Source of the DNA: Octopus bimaculoides
Lineage: Eukaryota
Length of the DNA stretch: 64,000 nt
Direction: 5' to 3'
Assembly (NCBI RefSeq): GCF_001194135.2
Contig: NC_068981.1
Span: 5,068,404 to 5,132,403 of the forward strand
In this document: positions 61,392-64,000 of the stretch, piece by piece
Numbering within the stretch: the stretch's first letter is position 1
Layout: each line of letters begins with the position of its first letter
The notes under the pieces: generated by a model
The model's database searches: none
Told to the model about the DNA's origin: nothing
What the model saw: the letters and a program-made list of their open reading frames with translations, nothing else
Made by a program: the position numbers and the translations under genes

Positions 61392-64000
61392 TAGATATAT
61401 ATATCATCATCATCATCATTGTTTAACATCTGCCTTCCATGCTGGCATGGGTTGGACAGTTTGACAAGAACCCATCAGGCAGAAGCCTGCACCAGACTGC
61501 TGTAACTGTTTTGGTAGGATTTTCACAGCTGGATTCCCTCCCTAACACCAACCACTCAGTAGAGTGGACTTAGTGGTTTTTATGTGGCACAAGCACAGAC
61601 AAGGTCAGTTTTAGCAAGTTTTTTACAGCTGGGTGCCCTTCCAGATGCCAACCACTTTACAGTGCCCCATCATGGCCACAGTCTAGTGACTGAAACAAGA
61701 GAAAAAATATGAAAGAAACAAATACACACTCACGTGTGTGTGTGTGTGTGTGTGTGTTTAGGCACAGCTGTGTGGTTAAGCTTTGTTTCCCAACAGGAAA
61801 GTGCAGTCCTGTGTTGACCAAATAAGAACAACTCAACCGGGCCAGCTCTGTCCGGTTTTAGCCAGTTTATCAAGAGGATCTATTCCTTTCACTGTGGGTA
61901 GAGATAAAACATATCTTAGCAAAATGTTTTGAATATTATTCACCAAATTCAGTTATTTGCTTGTCATTGTGTTTGCTGGTCACATGATAATTAACTAATC
62001 AGAGAGAGAGGAAGAGAGAAAAGAAAGAGAAAGAGAGTGTTAATGTACTGATATGAAAGTCAAATCTGCTCATGTTACTCAGCATTTTTGATAAGTAGCC
62101 ATATGCTACCTTATTCTTCTGTAGAGCTAAACAAAGCAGAAACCCTGGATAGATTGAAGAGAACAGACAATCTGGTAGTCTTTTAATTGTAATTTGCCTC
62201 CTAATTAGAGAGAGAGCAACAAAAAGGGGAGACAATTTTAAGACATAACTAGTCAATTTAACAGGAATATTTATTTACATGCTTAGAAGGAAATGTTTTT
62301 TGTAAGGAGGAAAGGCACATTGCCATGGACACATTTCCACTCTAGTGGATCATATCAACCTAACAAAATTGAATTTGCTTGATGAGTGAAACATGTTTAA
62401 CCCTTTAGCATTTAGATTATCCAGTCAAATGTAATGCTTATTTATTCATACTCAATACAAGCAAAAGAGTAGTCATATATTTATGTCTCCAAGCAGGATA
62501 TTAGTGGTTATGGCATAGAAGAGGTCAGAATGTTACTGTTGCTTTCTAAGTGAATATTGCAATTGTTAGACTCTTTAGATATCCTGGTTGGAAGTTAATG
62601 CCTTCTTCAATGCTAGAGGTACATTTATATACCCAGGTTGGTGAAAAGAACCAGAATGAAACAATGAAAATTAGAACGAGTGATCAATACTGGAGAATTA
62701 ATTACAGCAATCTACAATTAATATACATACATTCATATCCATGCATACATACACAAAATTATACACATACATTAGAGATTTAATTTTAAAATATAGGACA
62801 TTTAGGCACAGGAGTGATTGTGTGGTAAGTAGCTTGCTTACCAACCACATGGTTCCAGGTTCAGTCCTACTGCATGGCACTTTGGACAAATGTCTTCTAC
62901 TATAGCTTCGAGCCAACCAAAGCCTTGTGGGTGGATTTGGTAGAGAGAAACTGAAAGAAGCCCGTCATATATATATATGAGTGTCTGTGTTTGTCCCCCC
63001 CTCCACCTTTGCTTGACAACCGATGTTAGTCTGTTTACGTCTCCATAACTTAGCAGTTTCGCAAAAGAGACCAATAGAATAAGTACTAGGCTTACAAAGA
63101 ATAAGTCCTGGCATCGATTTGTTTGTAGAGTATACATGCACCTCTCTCTCTACAGAGTTCTACAACAATGCATCTGTATATATAGATGCATATATCATCC
63201 GAAATAATATTAAATATCCATCATGGCCAATGTTACCAATTGGTTTCGCATAAAGAATACAATGGAGTGTTAGATAACAAACTGATTATATAACTTTATG
63301 CTCATCAGAGTTATTTGATAGGGAAGGGAATGTGGCGACTGCTCTCTATTGTTGGAGGTAAATTATCACAATTGGTCAGTGACTGCTGTGAAAAAGGTAA
63401 TGGAACGAAAAGGGGACCAAGGGATTAGTTTAGGAGTCATGTCTCTTAGATGTGTCTGCTGGGAAGCCAGCAAGGGTTGTCTTGAAGTGAGGAAAGTGTG
63501 TATTATTAATGTGGTCCTCCTGTGGGGATGGGACGTGCAGTGTGTGTAGCAGTGTCACATGTATAATTGTTTTCTTTTTGAAGTTCTATATGCATGTTAG
63601 TGTGTTTGCATCAACCATGTAGACATACATATGCGTACATGTAAATTTGCACCATACTCATACATGTGAACCTGGACCATACATGTATATGTGTCTGCAA
63701 AACACATGTATACATATTTGTGTATGTACCCTTGCCTGCCTCGTGCATCTGTATGGGTCTTAGTAAAATGAAATTTCTAAATATCACAATTTTCAGGAAA
63801 TTTCAATTTTCAAAACTTACATCTTTTTTAAAAGATAAATGCTTTCAATTTTCAGCACAATCCCTGGTTCAGTTCCACTGCATGGCACTTTGGGCACGTG
63901 TCTTGTACTATCGCCTCAGGCTGACTAAAGCCTTGTGAGTAGATTTGGTAGACGGAAACTGAAAGAAGCCCGTTGTGTGTGTGTGTGTGTGTGTGTGTGT

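Overview
AT-rich, repeat-dense, gap-containing eukaryotic genomic DNA. The repeat families look like those I recall from octopus (coleoid cephalopod) assemblies; the species call is an inference. One host gene is securely identified: the last four coding exons of RSPRY1 (+ strand, 10801-14717; SPRY C-terminus plus C3HC4 RING), with canonical, phase-consistent splice sites. Several well-bounded exon candidates (- strand, about 42-54 kb) suggest a second gene I cannot name, and weaker + strand candidates lie near 24-26 kb and 60-62 kb. The rest is mostly transposon debris: three tRNA-headed SINE families, RTE LINE fragments, four mariner pieces, hAT/Tigger/piggyBac-type MITEs, a Penelope-like (GIY-YIG) fossil, foldback hairpins and microsatellites. 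The most notable signal is a set of minimal type I hammerhead ribozyme motifs with palindromic stem III. One sits inside a tRNA-headed SINE-like element that carries an inverted copy of its own 3' end at its 5' end (25.0-25.4 kb, 34.1-34.4 kb). Another pair sits in tandem 331-bp-spaced units in an RSPRY1 intron (4.05-4.58 kb). All translations, pairings and coordinates were read by eye; no database searches were run.
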